The position numbers and the translations under genes are program-made. DNA of 64,000 bases, taken from NCBI GenBank assembly GCA_036377735.1, contig DASUXU010000128.1, positions 1,851-65,850 on the forward strand, read 5' to 3'. Source of the stretch: Longimicrobiales bacterium. GTDB taxonomy: Bacteria; Gemmatimonadota; Gemmatimonadetes; Longimicrobiales; RSA9. Under the pieces are notes generated by a model that ran no database searches, was not told where the DNA came from, and saw nothing but the letters and a program-made list of their open reading frames with translations. Of the stretch, positions 18,592-27,647 are shown piece by piece (positions within the stretch are counted from its first letter, which is position 1; the number at the start of each line of letters is the position of its first letter).

Positions 18592-18614
18592 TCATTTGCT
18601 GCCTCAGTGAGCCG

Positions 18615-20339
18615 TCAGTTCGCGGGGCAGCCGGTTGGTGCTGCCTGTCCGCCGCCGAAGCCGCCGCGGCCGGCGCCGCCGGCCTGGACGACGGGGAGCG
18701 GCTTGCGCGGCAGCAGGTCGTCGCGGTTCGCGGTGAGGTAGACGAACGCGGCGACTGCGACAGCGTTGTGCTTCATGTCCATCGCCTGCACCCGCTCATA
18801 CAGGTCCTGACTCGAGTGGTGTGTGCGCGAGCTGTACTCGATCGGGTCCTGGATGAACTGGAACCCCGGCAGACCGACTGCATCGAAGGACTGGTGGTCC
18901 GTGCCGCCCGTGTTGCCACGCGCGATGTGATCGACTGTGATGCTGTCGCTCGTGAGATAGCGCATCCACTGGTTGAAGATCGGGCCGACGGCGTCATTCC
19001 CCTGGAGGTAGATGCCGCGGATCGCGCCCGTGCCGTTGTCGACGTTGTAATACGCCGAGAACTTCGAGTGCTCCGGCTTGAGCGCCATGGTCGCGCGGTC
19101 GGCGAAGTGCTCTGTCACATATTCGCGCGAGCCGATCAGACCCTGCTCCTCGCCGGTCCACAGTGCGATACGCACAGTGCGGCGCATCGGCAGGTTGAGC
19201 GCCTTCAGGATGCGCATCGCCTCCATCATGACGGCTGACCCCGCGGCGTTGTCCGTCGCACCCGTGCCGCTCTGCCACGAGTCGAAGTGCGCGCCGAGCA
19301 TTACGATCTCGTCCGCCTTGTCCGTGCCCGGAATCTCGCCAATGATGTTGAAGGACTTCGTATCGTCATAGAACGTGTTCCTGACCTCGAGATCCATCTT
19401 CACCGGCAGACCCTTCTCGAGAATGCGGTAGATGCGGCCGTAGTGCTCGGGCGTGAGCGAGATGGCCGGCGTGGAGCGCGGCGCGTTCAGCGCGCGGTTG
19501 CCATTGCCACCCGGGAATACGTTGCCGCCCGTGCTGTTGCCACCGCCCGGCGAGAGCACTGCGGCGACGCCCTCCTGGAGGAAGCACGCCGGCAGCGAAA
19601 CCAGCGGGCTGCTCGGCGCCGCAGCCTGTGCTGCGGGCTGGCCGCCGCGCCCGCCGCGGCCGCCGAAGTTGCCGCCTCGCGCCGGCGGGTACGGATTCGA
19701 CAGCGCGTTCAGCTCTTCCTGCGTGTAACGGTGGCCGGGCGCGTTGTACTGCGGCGTGATGTCACGCGGCGGCACGCTGATGACGATCTTGCCCTTCAGC
19801 TTGCCGCGGTACGGCGCGAAATCCGCCGCCGTGCGAACCGTGTTCGGCACCAGCACCACGTCGGTCTTCACCATGCCGTCCGTGCCGTAGGTCCACGCGC
19901 CCGGATAACCGATGACCGGGAACGCCACGGGCGACGTCACCTGCGCAATCATTCGGTCGTTCACCCAGCCGCGGCCGAACTCGAACCACTCGTAGTGCGC
20001 GTTCGACAGACCCCAGCTGTTGAACTGTGCGAGCGTCCAGTCGCCCGCGCGCCGCGCGATCGGTGAGCCCGTGAGGCGAGGACCGTGCACGTCCGTCAGC
20101 CAGCTCATCATGTTCATCACCTGCGAACGCTTGAAACCCTCATCCTTGATCCGCTGGATCGCGACCGTGTCGATGCGCTCCTGCGGACCCGCTGCGCCGC
20201 CGCCGAAGCCCTGTGCAGCCGCGCCGGTCGCACCGAGTCCGCCGAGCGCTGCAAACGCGAGCGCCGGCACCAGCAGTCGCGCACTGCGGACGCTACGCGC
20301 CCGTTGTGAGCCGTACCCTGTCATCGTGTTCTCCATCAT
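18615..20339 (-). CDS. M28 family peptidase with PA domain, secreted
   Basis: A signal peptide is present (LLVPALAFAALGGLGATGAAAQG). MLGAHFDSW, GATDNAAGSAVMMEA and LWTGEEQGLIGS are M28 motifs. Confidence 0.85.
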   Translation of the reverse strand: MMENTMTGYGSQRARSVRSARLLVPALAFAALGGLGATGAAAQGFGGGAAGPQERIDTVAIQRIKDEGFKRSQVMNMMSWLTDVHGPRLTGSPIARRAGDWTLAQFNSWGLSNAHYEWFEFGRGWVNDRMIAQVTSPVAFPVIGYPGAWTYGTDGMVKTDVVLVPNTVRTAADFAPYRGKLKGKIVISVPPRDITPQYNAPGHRYTQEELNALSNPYPPARGGNFGGRGGRGGQPAAQAAAPSSPLVSLPACFLQEGVAAVLSPGGGNSTGGNVFPGGNGNRALNAPRSTPAISLTPEHYGRIYRILEKGLPVKMDLEVRNTFYDDTKSFNIIGEIPGTDKADEIVMLGAHFDSWQSGTGATDNAAGSAVMMEAMRILKALNLPMRRTVRIALWTGEEQGLIGSREYVTEHFADRATMALKPEHSKFSAYYNVDNGTGAIRGIYLQGNDAVGPIFNQWMRYLTSDSITVDHIARGNTGGTDHQSFDAVGLPGFQFIQDPIEYSSRTHHSSQDLYERVQAMDMKHNAVAVAAFVYLTANRDDLLPRKPLPVVQAGGAGRGGFGGGQAAPTGCPAN

Positions 20340-20419
20340 TAGAGAGGCCTGTCTGTTTCGGAACGGAATGTCGGCGGAACCGCCGTGGGTCGTGATTGGA
20401 TAAAGTATGCGGAGGCCCG

Positions 20420-21682
20420 CTACTCGTACAGGTCGGCAATATCCGCAGTACTCAAGTCAACGAGGAAGCCGCCGATACGCGCCGCGACCGCGTCGAAACA
20501 GGCCCGCCCCTTCTCGCGCGTGGCCGCCGCCGGATCGCCGATCCCGGTGTCTGCACTGACCTGCGTCCACTGCCGCGGCGCCCAGGCCCAGCCCTCCCGC
20601 ATGCCCGCGATCTTCCACGGCCGTGCGGCCCCGTCGCCCGCCTCTTCCAGGGGCCGCACCAGTCCGGGAGCGACATGCAGCATTACACTGGTCTCGAGCT
20701 CGCCGCCGTGGTCGCCCGGCTCGTCGAAGAACAGTTTCGGGTCGACGCTGGCGTACCAGTTGACGACGCACAGGAATACGCCGACGCGCGGTTGCAGCTC
20801 ACGGACGATGGCGCGGAAGTCATTGCCGCCATGGCCATTCAGGATCACCAGCCGGTCAACGCCCTGCGCTTCGAGCGTACGCGCGATGTCATCGAGGAGA
20901 GCAGCCTGCGTGGCGGGGTTCATGTTGATGCAGAACGGTATGTCGAGCTGGCCGGCCTGCACGCCGAACGGCACTGCCGGCAGTATCGCGACGCGCGCGC
21001 CCGCTTCCCACGCGATCCTGCCTGCCTCCGCCGCAATCGCGGCGGTCTCGTGGATGTCCGTTCCATAGGGAAGGTGGTAGTTGTGCGCCTCGGTGGCGCC
21101 CCATGGCAGCACTGCGATCCGGCGTGGATTATCGCGGATCTCCGGCCAGGTCGTTTCCGCGACGAGCCAAGGCCTCGGCTTCGCAGCCTGCAGCGCCAGC
21201 GCGGTGGTGCGGATCTGGCCGCCATGCATGAGGGTGTGTTCTGCGATGTGGAACAGCAGCCCGCGCACGGTAGACGGCAGGCGGGCTCCGCCCACATCAC
21301 GCGATTCATTCAATGCACCAGCGTCCGTCATGCGGACGACGTCCATGGCATTGTCGATGGCTGTGTGCACGACGTGGAGCAGTGCTGCGCCGTCCAGTCC
21401 TGCAGCCTTGTGCTCGGCAGCGAGCGCGGCGCGCTGCTGTTCGGTTAGCTGTTCGCCGCGCGCGTAGGTCAGCAGTCGGTCGATGCTGCCTGCGAGGTGT
21501 CGCGCGTGATAGGAAATGCTCGCGGCAGCTCCGGGCGACGCCTCCGCGTCGTGCGCGTCGAGCCCTGCAAGGGCGCGCTCCAGCTCGTCGCGCGACTGCA
21601 GCAGCGAATGCGCGACCGGCTGCAGCTCGGCGATCACGCCGGGCAGCGGGCCGCGCAGCCAGACCTCGGGTTGTGTGCTCAT
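20420..21682 (-). CDS. DinB-family domain fused to creatininase-family amidohydrolase domain
   Basis: The N-terminal ~165 aa are DinB_2-like (ISYHARHLAGSIDRLLTY, HIAEHTLMHGGQI). The C-terminal ~250 aa are creatininase-like (AVLPWGATEAHNYHLPYGTD, LNGHGGN, GDHGGELETS). Confidence 0.8.
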   Translation of the reverse strand: MSTQPEVWLRGPLPGVIAELQPVAHSLLQSRDELERALAGLDAHDAEASPGAAASISYHARHLAGSIDRLLTYARGEQLTEQQRAALAAEHKAAGLDGAALLHVVHTAIDNAMDVVRMTDAGALNESRDVGGARLPSTVRGLLFHIAEHTLMHGGQIRTTALALQAAKPRPWLVAETTWPEIRDNPRRIAVLPWGATEAHNYHLPYGTDIHETAAIAAEAGRIAWEAGARVAILPAVPFGVQAGQLDIPFCINMNPATQAALLDDIARTLEAQGVDRLVILNGHGGNDFRAIVRELQPRVGVFLCVVNWYASVDPKLFFDEPGDHGGELETSVMLHVAPGLVRPLEEAGDGAARPWKIAGMREGWAWAPRQWTQVSADTGIGDPAAATREKGRACFDAVAARIGGFLVDLSTADIADLYE

Positions 21683-21740
21683 GTTATTGCGTTCCGATGT
21701 ATTGTCGATGCGTTACGACCGGTCACGTGCCATGTCGCGA

Positions 21741-22748
21741 TCACGGTCGCGGCGGCAGTGTCCACACATCCACGATGCCGCGCAGCGCCTGCGGTATGGC
21801 GACGCGATTGCGGCGGGTGTCGACACCGATGTCCGCCGGCTGCGTGAGTGCACCGACGATTTTACGGTCTCTGCCGTCCGGTGTGATCATATGGAGGGCA
21901 TGGTCGTTCCAGCCAGCTACAAGCATTGTCCCGTCGCCCAGCACCTCGACACCGTCGAACCGCCCTGCGCCCGATGCAATCGGGGTCGCGGGTCCGGCGT
22001 CGCCTGAAGAAGAATGGCCGAGAGCGAACACTTTGCTCTCGAAGGGCTCGAACGTCACGACGATCCAGCGGTTGCCGTGCGCGTCCCAGGTGACGCCGTT
22101 GGGCCAGCCGATGGCGCTCGAATCCGCGCGAACCGAGATTGCGCCAGTCGGACTGATGGCAATCACTTTGTCCCCGCCCGGTTTCAGCACGCCCTTGTCC
22201 GTCATCGCGATGCCTGTGTCCGTGACATACATCGTGCCGTCCGGCGCCACGGCGATGTCGTTGAGCAGAGTAATCGGCATCGCGAACGTGATCGTGCGCA
22301 GCGGTTTTCCGGTCTCGCGATCGAAGCCGCGCACGACGTCGATGTCCGCGACCCACAGCGTGTCGCCCTGGATCGCCATGCCCTTCGGCGCGTTCAGCAC
22401 TGCACCGTTCTTCCCGCTCTCGATGAAGACGTCGACGGAATCGAGTGTTGCAGCCGCAATGCGTGCGATGTAACCCGCCCCATCCTTAGAGGAGCCGGGG
22501 CCCATCATGTTGGAGACGAAGAAGACGTCCTGCACAGGATCGTAGCGCACGGACTCCGGGCCATGCAGGCTTTCAATCCGTCCGGCGAGGTTGACGCCGG
22601 TTGTGGCGGCAAGGGTGTCGCCGCGCGGGCCGTAAAAGGCGCGATCCCGCCCCTCGTCCGCGTTGCCGCGGTCGGCGCAGCCGTAGCTGGCTGTGATGGC
22701 TGCCAGTGTTGCGCATGCGAGCATGCCGCGCCTGTGTCGATTCGTCAT
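21741..22748 (-). CDS. SMP-30/gluconolactonase/LRE-like beta-propeller lipoprotein
   Basis: ORF 21741..22778(-). ATG 22748 gives the lipobox MTNRHRRGMLACATLAAITASYGC. Repeated blade-like segments are present (PESVRYDP, PKGMAIQGDTLWVAD, LNDIAVAPDGTMYVTD, PNGVTWD). Confidence 0.65.
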   Translation of the reverse strand: MTNRHRRGMLACATLAAITASYGCADRGNADEGRDRAFYGPRGDTLAATTGVNLAGRIESLHGPESVRYDPVQDVFFVSNMMGPGSSKDGAGYIARIAAATLDSVDVFIESGKNGAVLNAPKGMAIQGDTLWVADIDVVRGFDRETGKPLRTITFAMPITLLNDIAVAPDGTMYVTDTGIAMTDKGVLKPGGDKVIAISPTGAISVRADSSAIGWPNGVTWDAHGNRWIVVTFEPFESKVFALGHSSSGDAGPATPIASGAGRFDGVEVLGDGTMLVAGWNDHALHMITPDGRDRKIVGALTQPADIGVDTRRNRVAIPQALRGIVDVWTLPPRP

Positions 22749-22827
22749 GCCTGGATTGCGATGCATGAACTCCGCCACCGGCTCCGTGGCTACAGCGGCT
22801 GTGACAGCGCGTCGGCTGCGTGCCGAT

Positions 22828-23280
22828 TCACCGGAGCGCGCGCATCAGGACCCGATCCAACGTGCCTGCAAATGCCTGCCGGTCGCGCGCGCTGTACTGC
22901 GATGCGCCCGCCGTCTCGACACCCGCGCCGCGGAGAGATTCCATGAAGTCTCTCACCGCGAGCCGCTCGCCTACGTTTTCCTCCGTGTACTGCTGGCCAC
23001 GCGGGTCGATCACCAGGACATGCCTGGCGACGAGCAGCGCGGCCAGCGGAATGTCGGCCGTGACGGCGATGTCCCCGGGTTCGGCGTGTTCGACTATGTG
23101 GGCATCTGCGACATCCGGTCCGCCGTCCACCTGGACTGCGGTCACCCACGGATTGCCCGCCGGCGGCTGAAGCCGGCGGTTCGCCACCAGCACCGCTTCC
23201 CTCTCCACCCTGCGGGCCGCCCGGAACACGATCTCCTTCACGTCCCGTGGCGCCGCGTCGGCATCGATCCAGATCTTCAT
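22828..23280 (-). CDS. YaiI/YqxD (UPF0178, DUF188) family protein
   Basis: ORF 22828..23418(-) with ATG 23280. MKIWIDADAAPRDVKEIV and DIAVTADIPLAA match the UPF0178 family. Confidence 0.8.
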   Translation of the reverse strand: MKIWIDADAAPRDVKEIVFRAARRVEREAVLVANRRLQPPAGNPWVTAVQVDGGPDVADAHIVEHAEPGDIAVTADIPLAALLVARHVLVIDPRGQQYTEENVGERLAVRDFMESLRGAGVETAGASQYSARDRQAFAGTLDRVLMRALR

Positions 23281-23395
23281 GGCCCTCGCTGTTGCAATCT
23301 CCGTGACCGCCGCCGGGTGCGGCTGCAGGACCGAAGCAGCCTGTTCCGGGGTATTTCTCTCATTCCCCACCTCCTCACCTTCCATCGGAGGCTCC

Positions 23396-23569
23396 ATGAA
23401 CAAGAAGACCATCCTCAAGAAGAGCGGTGCACCCAGTCCCTTCTTCTACGACGCGGATGACAGCGCCGATCCCGCCCGCCACACCGTCTACAAACAGACC
23501 GAAGAAGGCGTGAAGCGCATGCGCGGCGTGACGTACGATGCCGCCACCAATCAGGTCAACAAGGACTGA
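23396..23569 (+). CDS. Small hypothetical protein (57 aa)
   Basis: ATG 23396 sits inside ORF 23279..23569(+) and is preceded by GGAGG. Third codon positions are GC-rich. No family was recognised. Confidence 0.4.
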   Translation: MNKKTILKKSGAPSPFFYDADDSADPARHTVYKQTEEGVKRMRGVTYDAATNQVNKD

Positions 23570-23576
23570 TTTTCCA

Positions 23577-23602
23577 CCGGACCACCCTTCGGAGCGTCGG
23601 AG
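23577..23602 (+). repeat. REP-like 26-nt element, copy 1
   Basis: CCGGACCACCCTTCGGAGCGTCGGAG. The same sequence occurs at 56079 (+) and 56315 (-). A degenerate inverted partner, TCCGAAAACCGGTCC, lies at 23659-23673. Confidence 0.8.
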
Positions 23603-23703
23603 TAATTCGGACTTGACGCGTGGTGAAATCCAGCTGACCCGATGACATATTCATTTCGTCCGAAAACCGGTCCAGGGCACCGCGCTGCCAGGCATGAGCA
23701 TAT

Positions 23704-24189
23704 ATGAATGCGCCAATTCCGACCGATCGAAGGGTGGTCCGGAAAGATTTTGAGGGTCTGCGGCGGCTGGCCTGGGTGCTGGACGACCTGGTCCGCATCC
23801 CGGGCACGAACATCCGGTTCGGCCTGGACGCGCTGCTCGGCCTGATGCCGGCGGGCGGCGATGTCGCGGGTGGCGCCGTGTCGGCATACACCATCATACG
23901 GGCGGCCGGGCTGGGCGCCGGGCCCGCCGTGCTGGTCCGCATGGGTATGAATGTGCTGATCGATACGATGGTAGGCGCGGTCCCGCTGCTGGGCGACCTC
24001 TTCGATTTCGGCTGGAAGGCCAATCGCCGCAATATCGCGCTGCTGGACCGCTACGTTGCCGAGCCTGCACCCATCCAGCGCTCCAGTCGCCTTGTCCTCA
24101 CGGCCGTCCTCGCCGTGCTGTTCCTGGTGCTGGCCCTGGCCGCATGGGGCAGCGTGTCGCTGCTCAGGTGGCTGATCGGCCTGTTCTGA
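23704..24189 (+). CDS. DUF4112 domain membrane protein
   Basis: LDDLVRIPGTNIRFGLDALLGLMPAGGDVAG and PLLGDLFDFGWKAN match DUF4112. Confidence 0.75.
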   Translation: MNAPIPTDRRVVRKDFEGLRRLAWVLDDLVRIPGTNIRFGLDALLGLMPAGGDVAGGAVSAYTIIRAAGLGAGPAVLVRMGMNVLIDTMVGAVPLLGDLFDFGWKANRRNIALLDRYVAEPAPIQRSSRLVLTAVLAVLFLVLALAAWGSVSLLRWLIGLF

Positions 24190-24225
24190 TCGCCCCATTC
24201 TGGATCACCATGCGCGCTCGAGGTC

Positions 24226-24813
24226 TCAGCCGCGGGCGCGCTCCAGCAGGACCAGCATCAGCATCGACAGCACGGCAAGCGTCTCGTCGCGGTCGTCCAG
24301 CTGGGTCAGCTGCTCTACCGAGAACTTCCCCTGCAGGAACGCGGGCTCCTTCTGCAGCCGCAGCACTTCCGATCCGCCGGGCCGCGTCGCGAGGTAGCGC
24401 GGGTGGAAGATGTAGCCGCTGATCAGGCCGACGAGCGGGATCTCGAAGAGCAGCCGATCGATCACCTTCACCATCGGATTCTCTTCCGTCAGCTCGAACA
24501 CGATCTGTCCGTTCCGCTCGACCTCGTATTTCGCCCGCCAGAATGAGCGCATGCCTTTGCGCTGCACCACGCCGATGACCTGCTGCGTGGCCGCGTCCGT
24601 CAAGGCATAGCGCGCGGAGAAGTCGAGAACGCGGTCCGCCTGCATGGTGAACAGCGGCCGCGTCTGTTCCTCGTCGCCATAGACCGTGATGGCTTCCTTC
24701 AGCTTGAACGCCTTCTGCTTCACGTACCAGAGCAGCTGCCCGCCTGCGTCCCGGACGTAGATCTGCTGGGCGATTGCGAGCTTCTTGAAGTTGAGCTCCA
24801 AGGGATAGCGCAT
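24226..24813 (-). CDS. Hypothetical protein, LURP-one/scramblase-like fold suspected
   Basis: ORF 24226..24927(-) with ATG 24813 (MRYPLELNFKK...). The family assignment is weak. Confidence 0.5.
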   Translation of the reverse strand: MRYPLELNFKKLAIAQQIYVRDAGGQLLWYVKQKAFKLKEAITVYGDEEQTRPLFTMQADRVLDFSARYALTDAATQQVIGVVQRKGMRSFWRAKYEVERNGQIVFELTEENPMVKVIDRLLFEIPLVGLISGYIFHPRYLATRPGGSEVLRLQKEPAFLQGKFSVEQLTQLDDRDETLAVLSMLMLVLLERARG

Positions 24814-24850
24814 GCGTGTCACACCTGGCTGATTGTTTGCCCCACTGCGG

Positions 24851-25402
24851 TCAGTGGGGGAATGTAAAGAGGATGGCGCTGACCGTGCCATTAACGAGGT
24901 CGAAGAACGCGGCCTGGTTCGGAACACTGCACGCCGCGCAGACGTAGCCGGGCCGGCTTCCCTGCACCATCGACGGACCCAGCCGACTCACGAGCGTGAG
25001 CGAATCCATGCCTGGCCGGATCGGCCCCATGATGAACGTCGTATCCGCAACCCAGACGCTCTGCAGCGACTCCGCACCGCTCTGTTTCAGCAGCGAAACG
25101 GTGAGTCCCGGATAGTACGCCTCGACAACGGTGTCGAATGCGACGGGGTCCATGACGTTCGCGGCACCCAGCCGCACGACAGAGTCGGGCACACCCACCG
25201 TCGCAAGCAGATCGGACTCGCGGTCCGGAATGCCGACCAGACCGAACTCGATGAACCAGTCGCGCAGCGAGTCCTGTTGAAACGTCGTATTTCTGCCATC
25301 GTCAACCGGGAACTGCTGCTGCGAAGCAGCCTGATTACGCGCGTCATTACGACCGCATGCGGCCGCTGCCAGCAGGATCAACGCGACTGCACAGCGTGTC
25401 AT
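24851..25402 (-). CDS. Hypothetical lipoprotein
   Basis: The lipobox is MTRCAVALILLAAAAC. The start overlaps the HIT gene stop (ATGA). Confidence 0.6.
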   Translation of the reverse strand: MTRCAVALILLAAAACGRNDARNQAASQQQFPVDDGRNTTFQQDSLRDWFIEFGLVGIPDRESDLLATVGVPDSVVRLGAANVMDPVAFDTVVEAYYPGLTVSLLKQSGAESLQSVWVADTTFIMGPIRPGMDSLTLVSRLGPSMVQGSRPGYVCAACSVPNQAAFFDLVNGTVSAILFTFPH

Positions 25403-25857
25403 GAAAGCAGTCCCTTCATGCCCGCGGCGAAGGCTTCGAACTCCCCGGGCGCATAGGGCGGTGTGGTGAGCTGCGCGAAACCGACGCCGGTGCGCTCGAT
25501 CTCGTCGCCGGGATAGCGTGGAATTATATGGAGGTGCACGTGCGGCACGACGTTGCCGTGGACCTCGTAATTGAGCTTGACCGCACCGGTCATGGATTGC
25601 ACGGCGCGCGCGGCGCGTCGCACATCACGCATGAACGCGAGCGCGGCTGCTGCGGAGAGGGTGTGCAGCTCCACCGCGTGCTCGCGCGGGATCACGCAGC
25701 AGTAACCGCGCACATGGACGTCCGGGCTGACGGTCACGACACTCGCGCTCAGCTCCGCGACGACCCCGGTCGGCCCGGCACCGGTGCAGAACGGACACTC
25801 CGACCCGTCCAGCAGCGCCTGCCATCGATCAGCGTCGCCCCACGACGGACTCGGCAT
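25399..25857 (-). CDS. HIT family hydrolase
   Basis: The histidine triad HVHLHIIPR and the CPFC motif are present. Confidence 0.85.
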   Translation of the reverse strand: MPSPSWGDADRWQALLDGSECPFCTGAGPTGVVAELSASVVTVSPDVHVRGYCCVIPREHAVELHTLSAAAALAFMRDVRRAARAVQSMTGAVKLNYEVHGNVVPHVHLHIIPRYPGDEIERTGVGFAQLTTPPYAPGEFEAFAAGMKGLLS

Positions 25858-26339
25858 TACGCGGCGGGCGACGGCTGTGCAGCGATTACGATCTCCGGCT
25901 CGCAGCGGACGGGGAAATTGACCGATGCGGCAATGAAGCAGCCGTGGTGCGCTCGCTCGTGCAATGCGTGAGCGAGCTCGGCATCGCCTGCGGCAATGGT
26001 CACGCGCGGCCGGAGCAACGCGTCCGTGAAATGGCCGCCATCGCGCGTCGCCTGCATGACCGCCGTCGCATGATCCTCGTACGCCGAAACGACGATCCCC
26101 GCGTCCGCGCAGACGTGCAGGTAGGACAGCAGGTGGCAGGACGAAAGCGCTGCCACCAGCAGGTCCTCGGGGTTGTGGCGTTCGACATTGCCGCGGAATG
26201 AGGGGTGCGCCGAGCCGTACAGCACGGGCTTCCCCGCTACGCGGATCTCGTGCGTCCGGTCATAGGACGTGTATCGGTCCGTGCCGGTGCCGCGGTTCCC
26301 CGTCCATACCAGGTCGAGCTCGAATGTGTGGTCCTTCAT
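25857..26339 (-). CDS. OsmC/Ohr family peroxiredoxin-like protein
   Basis: ORF 25857..26456(-) with ATG 26339 (MKDHTFELDLVWTGNRGTGT...). LLVAALSSCHLLSY and HHGCFIAASV are OsmC-like. Confidence 0.8.
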   Translation of the reverse strand: MKDHTFELDLVWTGNRGTGTDRYTSYDRTHEIRVAGKPVLYGSAHPSFRGNVERHNPEDLLVAALSSCHLLSYLHVCADAGIVVSAYEDHATAVMQATRDGGHFTDALLRPRVTIAAGDAELAHALHERAHHGCFIAASVNFPVRCEPEIVIAAQPSPAA

Positions 26340-26851
26340 AGCGCCGCCAGTTTTCTCACTGTGGTTATGTTGCGCGCGGTTGCGGGTGTGCCCAGCACTT
26401 TCTCCAGTGTGGCACCGGAAAAGGAGGAGCGGCCCATGCCGGTGACGCTCAGCCACCAGGCTTCCCGCCCGCGGACCGCGAACCGGTCCGTATCCGTGCT
26501 CATTGCTTCGAGTCCCGTTCGCCGCGTCGCGTCCGGCGCATGCTTGAGGAACGCGACGTAGATGGCGCCCGCGGCTTCGGGAAACACCTCCGCCGCCGCG
26601 ACGGCCGCCATCTCGGCCGGTGTGCGGAGAAACGTCGCAACGTCGAACCCCAGCTCCGTGCGCAGCGCACCCTCGATGCGCTCTTCGAGCTTCGCGGCAC
26701 TGCGCGCTGTCGTGTCGAACAGGACGTTGCCGCTGGCAATGAAGGTACTGACGTTACGGAAACCCAGCGCCTCGAACGCGTCCCGCAGACGCTCCATCTT
26801 CACGGTGCGTCCGCCGACATTGATGGCGCGCAGCAGGGCGACGTATCTCAG
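26336..26851 (-). CDS. DUF1697 family protein (start codon uncertain)
   Basis: The first canonical start is GTG 26803. The family-typical N-terminus RYVALLRAINVGGRTV lies upstream in the same open frame, and the only candidate initiator there is CTG 26851, which overlaps the upstream stop (CTGA). Confidence 0.7.
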   Translation of the reverse strand: MRYVALLRAINVGGRTVKMERLRDAFEALGFRNVSTFIASGNVLFDTTARSAAKLEERIEGALRTELGFDVATFLRTPAEMAAVAAAEVFPEAAGAIYVAFLKHAPDATRRTGLEAMSTDTDRFAVRGREAWWLSVTGMGRSSFSGATLEKVLGTPATARNITTVRKLAAL

Positions 26852-27129
26852 CGGTCGGCGTCCCCTTCCGCTTCACCTTCCGTGAACCGGGCCTCCATGA
26901 TGTCCTCGAGCTTCTCGCAGCAGGATTCGACACCCACGGTTATCTCGCCATCCGATTCCGACAGCACGAGCAGCGGATGCTCGCCGTGCACCGGGCATAC
27001 CGCGTCCGACAGCTCCTCGCGCAGCTCCGCCGCCAGGTCTTCCATGATCGCGCGCGTGTCTTCGTCCGTGATGCCCGACGGCGTTCCGGCGCGCACTCCG
27101 TCGACTTCGTATTCGATCACCAGCCCCAT
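26848..27129 (-). CDS. Small acidic hypothetical protein (93 aa)
   Basis: ATG 27129 overlaps the GNAT stop by 1 nt (TAATG). The sequence is MGLVIEYEVDG...CPVHGEHP...ESCCEKLEDIM. No family was recognised. Confidence 0.55.
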   Translation of the reverse strand: MGLVIEYEVDGVRAGTPSGITDEDTRAIMEDLAAELREELSDAVCPVHGEHPLLVLSESDGEITVGVESCCEKLEDIMEARFTEGEAEGDADR

Positions 27130-27647
27130 TACGGCCTCCTCAGCTCGTACCGGATTACGCCCTCCTCCGACCCCGGACCAATGAACCGGAAGCCGCACTT
27201 CTCCAGAACGCCAATCGATGCCGTGAGCACCGGCAGCGTTTCCGCGATCACGCGCGTCACCCCCGGCCTGCTGAACGCAGCCTCTACGAGGGCGCGCGCC
27301 GCCTCGGTCGCATAGCCCTGGCGACGGTACTCAGGCACCATCGAATATCCGATCTCAACGGTGCCCTCAGCGTCGGGCGGACCCTTGTAACCGCCACAGC
27401 CAATGGCCAGACCTGCACCGCGCCGCTGTTTCAGAAGGAAGTAGTAGAGCCACCACTCCTTCTCTTCCGGCGACGCTTCCAGCTTGCGCAGGGTGAACTC
27501 GATCGGGTCACGATCATACAGCTCGGGCGGCCACTCGCCGGACACGTCCATCCGCGCCACCTCCGCCAGGCGCGATGGACTCTCCAATTCCGCCTCCAGC
27601 GACTCCCGCGTCGCCGGTACCAGCATCAGGCGTGGCGTGTCGATCAA
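27129..27647 (-). CDS. GNAT family N-acetyltransferase (RimJ/RimL-like)
   Basis: TPRLMLVP, IGYSMVPEYRRQGYATEAARALV and LEKCGFR are GNAT motifs. Confidence 0.85.
   Translation of the reverse strand: MIDTPRLMLVPATRESLEAELESPSRLAEVARMDVSGEWPPELYDRDPIEFTLRKLEASPEEKEWWLYYFLLKQRRGAGLAIGCGGYKGPPDAEGTVEIGYSMVPEYRRQGYATEAARALVEAAFSRPGVTRVIAETLPVLTASIGVLEKCGFRFIGPGSEEGVIRYELRRP

Noticed and set aside
26797-26851. Suspected 1-nt frameshift in the 5' end of the DUF1697 gene
   Set aside because: On re-reading with coordinates anchored to the ORF track, the frame is continuous (..GCC ATC AAT GTC GGC GGA..). The real issue is only the lack of a canonical start codon, which is reported as a finding.
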